64,000 bases of DNA, taken from NCBI GenBank assembly GCA_002633005.1, contig NMRA01000554.1:62001-126000 (forward strand). Direction: 5' to 3'. The position numbers and the translations under genes were made by a program. Positions 12,301 through 24,300 of this stretch are shown here, piece after piece (position 1 is the first letter of the stretch; each line of letters starts with the position of its first letter). The notes beneath the pieces were generated by a model. The model was not told the DNA's origin and made no database searches. It saw only the letters and a list, made by a program, of their open reading frames with translations. The DNA comes from Phoronis australis. Taxonomy: Eukaryota; Animalia; Phoronida.

Positions 12301-15300
12301 TCACACTGACGAGACACCGCCCGTCTTCTCCTGCATCGACCTCTTCACTCAATGTGCATATCAATTACGGTATCTTAAACCATCGCCATTCTGCAAAGCT
12401 TGCAGACACTTGCATCCTCCAGCTGATACCAAACTATGTAGTAAAGTATGACATCGACAGCTGCTCCTATTCAGCCTTCCATTCCCATCCTGGGTGTCCC
12501 CGCTGCTTTCGAATTGCCATCCACGCAAGTTATCTGCAGACAAGTGCTAGTAGCGGAGACAAGACGGTTCCGATCTATTTTGGCTAATGATTAGTCATAG
12601 AAATGGCTACGAGTAACATAATAACGAAAGCTTGCCCTCCCAACAAGGGCACAGATTGTTCCCCTCACCACGATAATGCTCAGTTACTTTTATTCCAAGT
12701 TAATGTCTGCTTGGCAACTGCAACACATTTGTAATCTCGTAGTCTGTGTGTAGCTGCGCTGGTGCAGCACCGATACGACACCTATCAGGTTAGTCAACCC
12801 ATACCACTTTCTAAATAAGAAAAAAATACAGCCAGGAACTTGATCAGTCGGCAACCACGACTATAGACAATTAGTCGTCTTCACACTACGAGTTTCCCTA
12901 GAACAACTTGCCGCCCCCATTCAATCTTATGTCCACATTACACACTCTACACCATGCGACAAATATGGCTCACAAATGACAAGACATCACCATGAGTGTA
13001 ACTGCGCAAGCGCACAGCTGCATGGTAACTACGTCCACATTGTCTGCAGATTTGCGTCCACTGTCCGACTCGTGGTGGTGCAAGTTATCCTAGGAGAGGT
13101 TACCCTACCTCAATAATTTTCCTACCAAACTACAACTTTCCCTCTTCACATTCAACAACCTTCGGTATTTGTAATACTGTATTAGACACCCTAGTCTCCA
13201 TCAATCTTCATAGTCAGCTTACCGCCAACATTTACAGGAAACTTACTGATAGTAACAGCTATCTCCATTTTGATAGCTTAAGCCCATTTCGCACTAAAAG
13301 TTGCATCCATAGAACACCCGCATCTGTTCCACCAGAGAGGATAGACCCAAAGCTCTAGATAACCTATGTACCAAGTTCATTGACAGGGGATATCCCATTA
13401 AACGGATTGATGAAAAAAATCACCTCAGCTAATAATAATTATCAGAGCGCTAACAAATTCATAAGTTTCTCCATCGTATATTAAACTTTGATACCGTACT
13501 TGCCACTGTTTTCACTGAACCTTCAATGTTGATATTTAAACAACCACGTAATATCGGCAGTAAATTAACTAACAGAAAAGTCGCCACCAAAGATACACCC
13601 GCTAGTGATACCTTTCCACTTGTCACCAAATTCATTATCCTAGAGGCAACAATAACTGTCAAAGGATGTTTCCACACAAGTCTTTGTCCCAGTCACGCAT
13701 GATACGAAGGCGAGACTGGCTGTTCTCTCCACAAACCAAACGCATCTCAAAGGAATACTGTAAAACTAGCATCTGCGACGGTAACTCGCTTCCGGTGGCG
13801 GAACATTTTACGTCACATGACCATAACAGTGATAACCTCATGTTGTGTGCACTTTTGGGGAACATTGATAATACCTAAACCAGCTGGAAATCTAAAGGAA
13901 TGTAAATTATTTTTGTTTCACTTGTTTCACAATACCCATGAGAAGAGCGGCATTAATAAGGACATGAGCCAAATAAGCCACCACCTTTAACTTTTAATTT
14001 TTATCTTCTCTTTTCCCACCTTCCTGCCCCTTGTAGTTTTGAACATGTTATTATAAGAAGGCCTTTCACGCCATTTGTTTTAATACCTGATGAATGGCCA
14101 CTCCTATAACCCTCGGAAGATGGTGCCTTTGACAAAATTTTACCAGTAGCATTTGCACTGAACCCAGAATAAGTTATCTCTGGGAAAAATAGCGATTCAC
14201 TTACTGAGAGAGAACTTGTTTCTGACCGGTCTGACGGGCCTTCATATTAAGTGAATGGATTGGTTCTTGGTTGGCAAGTTGTTCTAGTTGTCTCGCAATG
14301 TGAACACGACTTAGCGTGGGGTAAGTTTTCACAAAGGAGAGTCCACACAACTACTGAAACTTGTGACAGTTCATTCCACTGGTGTAACTCGTGGCTGTAT
14401 ACAGCACTTCAGGGGGGTTCACACACTAACGACCATAGCTGCCGCAGTATCCTTTCTTGGAAATTCGGGCATCATCCATGAGACTATACATACTCTCATA
14501 TTTGTATAAACGAAATAAAACCCCGATGACGTCTACGCCAGTACCATGCATGTAGTGACATGTTCGCCCTCAATTTTGCATGGAATTTCATTGACGTTTG
14601 TACTGTCTGCTGGTACATTTTAAATATAGAAAAAACAGCAGTAATATTTTGTTGGTATTGGAAGGGCAAATAGAGCGATGCATGCAAGAAAAAATGTTAA
14701 GGGAGAACGCCACCCAAAAACAACCTATTTTGTTTCAATTTAGATTGAGTAGTTCCACTCGATAACAGCAAGCTCAGTTGGTTTACCTGACACCTAACGG
14801 CAGACGCAGGTGTTGAAATTAACCAATGACGTAATCGATTCGAACGCAGTCTGTTCAACCTTCAAAACATGCTTACTGGTGTCAACTTATCGCTTGAATT
14901 CATCGTTTTACACCAATAAATTATCAAAATTCGATGTAAATCCCTTACAAATACATCGAGTTCTTGAAAAAAACGTGTTGTTTTATTTCAGTGTTACGGA
15001 TTTACAGGTATTTGAACGTACCGTAGCCTACAGAGTTCAGTAGGCCAATTTACCACGGTCGATCGCGGGACTTTGGGTCTGTTTGGTGATAAATTCGCAT
15101 CATTCTTCCGTGAAATATAGAGGGAGAAAGATAGCTGTGTGTTGTATTCTTGCGATATTTTCTGTTCTAAACAAACAAAACGCTTGTTACTTCCCGCCTG
15201 AGTGGCTCGGAAACCGATCAGGCCCGTCGCGGCCGCCGGGACTGGACATCACGAACATAAACCTCCAGTCACGAAAACACTATAATTGTGAGCCAAAGAA

Positions 15301-18300
15301 ATAATGTGCACGCAATTATTTAATTGAATTATCCACGAAACTGAAAATCTGCATACTTTTGGGGGGTCGCGAAGTCAGGTTCTCCTCCCACAGAACCGTT
15401 GTACATGATACCGGTATTTGTATATCTAAATAAGATTCTCCTAACATTTGACCATAGCATATAAAATCGAGTTATTGTTTCACAACAGCTTTCTGTCAGC
15501 AAGCACTGAATTAGCATGCGCTCACACGGCCTCGTTGCCAGGTCAATTTACCTTTATTGCATCTAAAGCTGGTAACGCAGTGGTTTATTCATTGCTGGCT
15601 TCTCAAAACATTTGCACTCACGAATACTCCAAAGGCATTACAAATTGTATCTAATGAGACAGACTTTGTTTAAGTTTTATATAAGCATTGGTTAGGGTGA
15701 GAATAATTCATTTTGAAAGAGCACGCAGAAGGGTGAGAATAATTCAGTTTGAAACAGAACGCGGAATAATAAACGTCAACATGGCAACTCGCCCGACGCT
15801 AATCCCGACGAAGACTTCACGGGTCATCCGGTTTCACAAGCTATCAGTTCGAACCAGAATGCACTGATCAAGAAATACTAGAAAGGCGCCGTGAACACAC
15901 ACAAGCAACGGAACGTATGGATATGTTCACGAAAACAACAACGGATTTAAAACTTGACATGTTTCGGTGTCATTTATTAAACACCATCCTCAGAAGTCAT
16001 AATACAGTGGCCACCTAGCTAGGCCCAGCAACAAGTAATGAAGCACAGATACAGTCAGTTACAGGGAGTGACAGTGAACTATACCAACAATGACAACCTG
16101 TGGTGTGTCAGTTGCCTATTGAGATTGGGTTTGCACCAACTGATATGTAAAGCCTCACGAATTTTAAGCTCCTTTGTTGTTACTGCCTGGTCTATTATTG
16201 CAAAGTCATTGAAAGAGCACTGCTGATAACAATGATTGGAGCTCTGCAGGTGAATATTTACATGTGAATTACTGTCAGAATTTAGATGTTCCTTGGTCCT
16301 GGTTTTCAAATGGCGAACAGTTTCGCCTATATAACTGGAGCCACATCCAGCACAGNNNNNNNNNNNNNNNNNNNNNNNNNNNNNNNNNNNNNNNNNNNNN
16401 NNNNNNNNNNNNNNNNNNNNNNNNNNNNNNNNNNNNNNNNNNNNNNNNNNNNNNNNNNNNNNNNNNNNNNNNNNNNNNNNNNNNNNNNNNNNNNNNNNNN
16501 NNNNNNNNNNNNNNNNNNNNNNNNNNNNNNNNNNNNNNNNNNNNNNNNNNNNNNNNNNNNNNNNNNNNNNNNNNNNNNNNNNNNNNNNNNNNNNNNNNNN
16601 NNNNNNNNNNNNNNNNNNNNNNNNNNNNNNNNNNNNNNNNNNNNNNNNNNNNNNNNNNNNNNNNNNNNNNNNNNNNNNATTTCTATGGGTCTACGGTCCA
16701 AGGTTGTATACAAATTTATCTGTGCTGGATGTGGCTCCAGTTATATAGGCGAAACTGTTCGCCATTTGAAAACCAGGACCAAGGAACATCTAAATTCTGA
16801 CAGTAATTCACATGTAAATATTCACCTGCAGAGCTCCAATCATTGTTATCAGCAGTGCTCTTTCAATGACTTTGCAATAATAGACCAGGCAGTAACAACA
16901 AAGGAGCTTAAAATTCGTGAGGCTTTACATATCAGTTGGTGCAAGCCCAATCTCAATAGGCAACTGACACACCACAGGTTGTCATTGTTGGTATAGTTCA
17001 CTGTCACTCCCTGTAACTGACTGTATCTGTGCTTCATTACTTGTTGCTGGGCCTAGCTAGGTGGCCACTGTATTATGACTTCTGAGGATGGTGTTTAATA
17101 AATGACACCGAAACATGTCAAGTTTTAAATCCGTTGTTGTTTTCGTGAACATATGCTGTTACTTGCTATCATGGAAAACGTATGGATAGTTTTTTGGTAA
17201 GCCGGAATTCGTCAGAGAAATTAGTGTCGACGAAATGCCGGCCACAGACACGGAGATGTTTCATGGCCTCATACTTGCTATTAAGAGCGTACTTTTCATT
17301 CTTCACTACCGCGAGCCACTTCCTAAGCATTTCAGGCTCTCGAGGAAGTCAAAAAACGATATACCCGCCTCCCGTTCAGTAACGCCAGGACTTCGCTATA
17401 AAGCAAGACTTCGCGAGATTACGAGAGATTTTGCCGTGTAATTCAAATGAGAACACGTGGTGTTGACTAGATTCTAGCTAGGTCCTAGCGTATAGGTCCT
17501 AGCGTCTACTGAACGCACGCCCGCTTTCTTCGCAGCTTCATAGTTCGGACAAACGGGAACGATGCACCGCAATATAGAGGCATAACTCTGCACTGACGTC
17601 GCTGCGTCGTTTCTCACCTTCCTCACAGGTTAACGCGGCACCTCTCGGCAAGGTGAAGTCGACCGTATATAGACCGATTAATTTAAGACGGCAAAAAAGA
17701 CTAATTAAATCGGGTGGCATTCTCCTTTAACAATATGACAACAACAAAGAACATGGCGCGAAAACGATAGGGTACAAATGTGCTTGACGTATATTGTGGC
17801 ATTGTGGGTAAATGCAGCGAAGTTCAAGTGTCGTTGTGTAATACAGGGCGATCCTGTTGCAGCGAAAATTTCCGCTCATGGAACGGAAACATTGAATTTA
17901 ATCCCTCAATTCAACAATTCAACGTCACCGACCAATCCCTTCAGTGGCCTCCATTTTTCTTGGATAGGCTCCACAGCAAGTTCACTAAGCAATCGAGTTT
18001 CCGGCATTCTCGTGATTTTGTGGGATCTTGCGATAAATGGAAGAAACTTAGTCTACGGAATGCTCTGGTCAGTGATGTGAAAAGGTTTTCCTCTTGACCT
18101 TGCAAGCCTTCACAAGCAAAATAGCCGCTGCCCAAAGTGATTGCCCCGTAACAGCTTTGGATGTTGAATTACGAGAGAAAAGTGCACGTAACCTCATCGT
18201 TTCCGGTCCGTAAAAGCCAAGATTTCTCACCGCAAGTGTCTCTTTATACAACCGGAACGATTCCCTTTCAATGTTATTACCTTTGTTGTGATTTTAGCGT

Positions 18301-21300
18301 TCAAACAGTGGTGGTTGGCTTGTTTCAAAGAAAGGCTCTCCCGTCCAATAGCCTTCATGGCTTGGTAGAGGACATCCGGGCATTGCTCAAAACAGACATT
18401 GGACCAGTGTTAATAGAGCTTTACCAGGTATTTAAATAAGTTACACCGAACTCAAGTGTTAAGTAAATTTTACATTGAGATTTTTCACATGTGTTACTTT
18501 TTTCAGGAATCTCAAACTGAGCAGAAAATAAACTATATCTCTCTTATGCAAACAGGACAATTATCAAGGTTTAGATATTATCAGCTTGCTAACTAGTTTT
18601 GAATTTTTCTTGATGTTATCAGCGCACTCGTCAAAAATAAAACATTTTGTGGTTGAGGTTTCCAAGTCACTTCCTCTTACTTGTGCCGGAATTTATATTG
18701 GATAACTTACTATTGTTTCTGTTTTTGTATTCACTGTTATTATCATTGCAGAATCAATTAATTAAAAAGGGTATGGTCATTCTTCGAGAGAGTGTGAAAA
18801 ATTTAACTGGTACGTTAAAAAATCGAATGTATGTGTACTTTTTTGTTATTTTGTTTAAAATATCAGTTAATTTTAAATTCGCTGGAAGGAATGATTGGGC
18901 CACTATCACTATTCTGCCTTAATTTGTGAGGTGGCCTTACATCTTGACGGAAGGAAAGATTGACGAGCCTTCCAAAATAGAGCACGACATATGGTGGCAT
19001 TACCTGATCTGTGCATTAGTAAAGTATGCTACACGCAATATCTATTAATACCTTAAACTATTTGTGAGGAGTCTTCTGGAATACGACCCATGCTTTTCTA
19101 AACTACTGTTTTAAGCGCAAACGTTTTCTTGAAACGCCGTTGACAGTTTTCAAAGGTCTCGGCTGAACGTTGTAAGAGTTCTTTCTATATTCACTGAAAT
19201 GTGCCACATAGATGTTACGCGTCACGCTGAATTAAACTTAGTTTAAATTTTCAGCACCATAGTACAGTAAATAACTAACAGTGCTTTTCAGAAGGAATTA
19301 CCAGGACAATATCATTCTTCATTTGTTTATTTTAGGCGATGAGCTCTTAAAAGAACTTGGTGACTTGTGGGACGAATTTTTCACAGACATTCTGCCTACA
19401 TTGGAGGCGATCTTTCATTTACTTCAGGTAAAATGTTGGTGAAAATTGTGAAGAAATTTGACTGTTACACACAGTTCTGATCAATGTAAAAACTACATTG
19501 CCTCACCTCGCTATAATTTGTCAAGATCGGGAACAGACACCAGGTTGTAAGTATTTGGTACACCTGTTGATGGCGCCTTCCGTGAATTTCAGATAACAGG
19601 CTCTTTTCTAGTAATGCAGACAGAATTGTAATTTCTTTTGCTTGGGTTCCCTTAGTGAAAACGTGATACCACTGTGTCAGGCTTCCACTATGGTTAGTGT
19701 GACATCGGATGTTTCTATAGACTTCTCCGCCGATACACTACGTGACGTTTGTCCAGTGTACTTTTGGCGTACAAGAAAGACAAAAATAAAATTTCCCTAA
19801 AATGTTCTAGGCTTCCTTTCAGGGGTAGGTGCAGATGTGCGTTAATATATTACCTGCGCGTCGCAATACCAGAAATTGAATAATCCAGCCAGAAGGTTTT
19901 GGCCCAGCGCAGATGCATGCATATATAAATTGTAGTGACTTTAAATTTGGTTTCAAAACTGTTATAGCAAACGATTTCTTCTGTAATTGAATATTAAAAG
20001 AAAAGTAAGAAATTTTGTAAATGATTGTGTCTGTATCTAGACAGCAGTACTTTACACAAATCACTGGAGGTGAGGTTTTTTATTCCAGCCAGCCAAGCTT
20101 TCGATAAGGCAGCTAACATTGAAAAGTTTCCGAGATATTATTGTACTGAAGACAAAGCTAAGAGGTAAGTCGGTTTGTCTTCCTTATAGGCCTATTCGGT
20201 TTGCAGTGGTGATCATCGCTTAAAGGCGAAGGCAACCTTTTTTCATGTCATTTTGAGCTAAAATAAGGTTGGTTAGTTATCCTAGACATATTTTCCACTT
20301 AATTACAGCTTTTCGTAATTTTATTAATTACTCGTCCGCTACTCCGGAAGTGACGTTTTAGGAGGCAAGCATTTTGCGCCAATTTCTTTTCATATAGACT
20401 GACTGTGATAGCTGCCGAGTCAGTCATTGTTCTACCTCGGTTGTGTTAAGTTCCGTCGTCGTTTGTTTTCATTTACTAGTCAGTCAACATGCCACACTGT
20501 TGCTGCGTACCGGGATGTACTAATTATCGTCTCACGCGCGCTTTGGGAGTACCTTTGCATCGCTTTCCGATGGATGACACACTTCGCCGTACTTGGCTCG
20601 TTCTTGTGAAGAACGCAGCGTTACGTACAAAGCAGTCGAGAATTACCGTGTGTGTGGCAAACACTTTCTGCCGTCCGATTACGAAAGGGATTTGTACGCT
20701 GAACTGATGAAGGTCCCTGCGAAACAACGCCTGAAGCAGGATGCCATTCCGTCTGTGTTGATTCCCGGCAGTGCCCCGTCGCCACCACCGAGATGTGCGT
20801 TTTTGAAGCGAGAAGCCTCACGAGCTGTGGCCAGTACAGTGACTGGAGCCAGTGGAGGCACTTCATCTACTGTCACCCGTGCCTCCGAACGTAACCCCAG
20901 AGCGTGCCATTCCTGGAACCAGTAGTGATTCGCCCTGTGCTGTTTTCTCCAGCCCAGAGACTCTAAGCAGCCCTGCAGCGGTATTGAGTAGTGGAAGTGA
21001 TTACAGGCCCAGTTCGACACCCAGTGAAGAGGACAGTTCGTCGTCCAGTGAACAGATCGGTGAGCCAAACTTTGATAAGTTTATTGTGGACTTGTCTAAA
21101 GTGTTGGAGCTATTTAGAAGGTGCCAGGTGTGTGGCGAGGGAGTCACACGACACGATGTAAGCAGTTTGGGTGCTCAGGTCACCATCCAGTGGGAGTGTG
21201 TCGCGGGACACTCTGGCAAGTGGGACAGTTGTTCCTTTGTCCGTGGTATGCCGGAGGTCCACTTAACCATATCCAGTAGTGGCTTGGCCTCGTCGAACTC

Positions 21301-24300
21301 TGAACAGCACAAGCATTCCATTGAGGTAGGCATAACAACGCACACAGTGCATTTGCACCAAGATGTGTCACCACGTCTGTCCTCAGTAGCCGCCTCGTTT
21401 CTCTCAACAGCTGCCTGTGCCTGTGCGTACTCTGCCTCGTTATACTCGGGCTCAAACATGTACCCACCCACTGAATGTCCGTGAAAAAATTCCTCGTCAC
21501 CACTGCTGTGAACAAGGTCTCCGTCACTCACACTACGGGTCACCGAGTCCAGCCATTTTCAGCTTACAACACTCTAAACAATCCCTTAATCCAACGTAGT
21601 TGAGTTCTCTACTAACCTATGTTGCCGCAGAATACTCGCCGACAGAAAGTGGTGGTGACAATTGTTGAAAAACAGCACAAAACAAAAGTAGAACAGAACA
21701 GATTCGCACGGTAAACTCAACGCAAAACCAAGTGGCGGGAAACGCTTGCCTCCTAAAACGTCACTTCCAGAGTAGCGGACGAGTAATTAATAAAATTACG
21801 AAAAGTTGTAATTAAGTGGAAAATATGTCTAGGATAACCAACCAACCTTATTTTAGCTCAAAATGACATGAAAAAAGGTTGCCTTCGCCTTTAACTTGTG
21901 CATACTCGTTTGGTTTGTGATCTCTTGCGAGTTTGGCAAAATTTTGCCCACTCTTTTCATAGGCAAGGGTCCACCTCTGGTTGATAGGACTGAGTTACTT
22001 AGAGCAAATTTCTTGTGAGAAATCCAAGGTCAAGAAGCAAGTCCTCGCGAGATTTTTTCCAAGCATTACATGCTAAGCTCATGATCACACTAGCTTTACA
22101 CTCGAGTGTCTTGCGACTTTACGGAACGCGCCCCAGTTGTCACACTGCAATGTTGAATTACGGAAGAACAGTAAGTAAGCTCCCAGAATGCTTGCTGTTT
22201 CCGTTGTTTGAGCCCACTGGCAGATTTCACGTAGCAAATATCCCCAAAATAATTCTCTGAAAATAACAAAAAAGCATAGTTGTGACATTTCAAAATATGC
22301 ATTTCGTTAGAGAGTATTTGTAAACAATGTCAAGTACTTGAATATTAGGACGCCAAATTGCATTTTTCTTTTTCAGATCCAAACCGCACAGCATGTTAGA
22401 ACATTTTGACCCGACCGTTTGTATTTGTTGTTTTTACAGAAACGTTAATTGACCCTAATACCGAAGTGCCGCCATCAATAACACAGATGTTCCTGGTGCT
22501 TTTAGTACGTATAATGTCTGTTCAGATAATGTTCTAAAAATAATTGAAATATTATTGATTTCTTGCGGATAGCGCGTGAGAACAAGAAGTTCATTTGCAA
22601 AGCAGCCAACTGTGTGCCAGCGATATGATATGGGTGATTACCGGAAATTTCCGGGCGTTTTATGGAAGTCTGAAAAAATTAAGGGAAGATTCATTGCACT
22701 CAGGGTTTTTTTTTCCGGAAAAATATAAAGAAACTTCAATTGATACCTAAGACAGTCGCTTAGTTACAGTTCAGTGGTGTCAGTTGTGCTTTTTTAGATT
22801 ATCCTTTTTATTAACAAAATACAGATACCTCACAAAATGAGTACACATGTTTCACAAATCACTCAAATAAATGACAAATTCATTCAAATAATAACGTTTG
22901 CGTTGATAAAAATCTGCACTGCGCTAAATGAAATTACATGTTAATAAAATAACGTAAATTTTAACCAATCTTATTTCAACCATCGGTGATCTTATTCACC
23001 AAACAATAATTTATTTAACCATTCACATAATCCTCCGATTATTTGACACGAGTTGATGTAAAGGAGAAATGGGTGATCATGAGGCCAATAATAAAAAGAA
23101 ATCAAAAATTTCACCTGATTGCCCAAATAATTATTCAAGTCCAAGTTCACGCATACACGGTCTTGAGATTAAGCAAGATTCTATGTTAAAGAACAGCACT
23201 ACCTAAGGTAGCATTGGGAACCACTGGGTACCTTTCCTCTCCATAGGTGGCTCTGTGAACGAGTATGTGATTTAGTCCTCGCTGGTTCCCTACGTGCCTA
23301 GCCAGCACGCAGGTATCACGCAGTAGCACCCGCTTTAGCATTGGTTGGTGTAACCTCAGCAGTCATTGGATTCAGATTTCTTGAACATAAATTTTAAGCG
23401 CCGATTTGTCTGCACAACAGAACACGTACACTTGCTCCATCAGTCGTGCCAGTTTGTTTGCGTAAAGCGTTGCCTGTTGAGAATTTGACCAGCCAATCAG
23501 AAACGCCGGTATAAAAATTTCCTGATGAAAATTAAGTGATACCTGCGTGCTGGCTACCGACCACCTAGCGGCACGCAGGGAACCAGCGAGTGATTTAGTC
23601 TCGTTACAGCCTCCAGCGCTCAGTCGACTTTAAAAGTTCAGCCAAGTATTGATTTCCTTTTTTGACAGTCACGTGAGTTGACTAACCTGAAAGATGTTCA
23701 ATCCAAGCTCATTTGATACAAAGTTCGACGTCCATTTCCATGTAACCTAGCGTGTACATTACAACGGCATAACTTAGTAAATGTACCATAAACATCTATC
23801 TTTAGATGTCTATGGTACGTATCATCAATCAATATCCGATGTTGACTATTAAAATGAAAATGAAAAGCGACAAGAATGTCTGAACGAATTACAGAAAAGA
23901 CACCAAATTTGAGAAGGCCTTGTACAAGGGTAGTTGCCGCCTGCCACTCCTTGTAGAGCAAAACACTTTGCCAAAATATTTTTGGAAAAATATTTTGTTT
24001 CAGTTATGGCATGTACGATGTACACGCTTTCCATTATAAACCGTAGATAAAACCGAGGCACTGCAATGCTGTATTTTTGTTCCTTCGATCGTCAGAGTCT
24101 AATTTTCATGAACAAAAAATAAATACAGACTGTACAGTAGCATCGATTCGTTATGCTTATTGCTCAGCTCTAGGATACATTTCCAATATTTGCACGACTG
24201 ATCACCGCTTGTTCAACTAATCTTATTGTGTGCTTTAGTGCGTTCATGGTTTTACCGCTCCCGATGAGAATTACATGCGCCTGGAACGTCTGGCGGCGAG

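Larger units (their letters stand above)
15921..17176 (+). mobile_element. Young Penelope-like retroelement (5'-truncated) with inverted pLTR arrangement
   Basis: 435-bp inverted arms at 15921-16355 and 16720-17154, one mismatch noticed (16130 vs 16945), with an N gap between them. GIY-YIG coding sequence is present. Flanked by the direct repeat AACGTATGGATA (15912-15923, 17177-17188). Confidence 0.9.
14701..17726 (-). mobile_element. Internally deleted Kolobok DNA transposon (copy 1), interrupted by a Penelope-like element
   Basis: TTAA at 14697-14700 and 17727-17730. 15-bp TIRs GGGAGAACGCCACCC / GGGTGGCATTCTCCT (2 mismatches). THAP remnant on the minus strand and KolX-like remnant on the plus strand, converging. 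Confidence 0.85.
20224..21890 (+). mobile_element. Internally deleted Kolobok DNA transposon (copy 2), 1667 bp, in PRR5 intron 5
   Basis: TTAA TSD at 20220-20223 and 21891-21894. 147-bp TIRs at 20224-20370 and 21744-21890 with 3 mismatches counted and AG...CT termini. Contains convergent THAP-transposase and KolX remnants. Confidence 0.93.

Noticed and set aside
16264-16800. Long ORFs spanning N runs (also 34100-34604)
   Set aside because: Their length is an artefact of translating gaps as X.
16679-17176. Possible selenoprotein-type (Naiad-like) PLE with SECIS
   Set aside because: There is no in-frame TGA in the visible ORF, and the ATGA motifs in the 3' region lack a convincing SECIS stem with apical AA. 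They are explained by the hammerhead.
20489-20925. Host THAP-domain transcription factor gene
   Set aside because: It is frameshifted and enclosed by TIRs and a TTAA TSD, so it is part of a transposon.
21175-21543. P2X7 purinoceptor gene
   Set aside because: Only the Cys-rich cytoplasmic-type domain is present. There is no transmembrane or ectodomain sequence, and it lies inside the Kolobok element.
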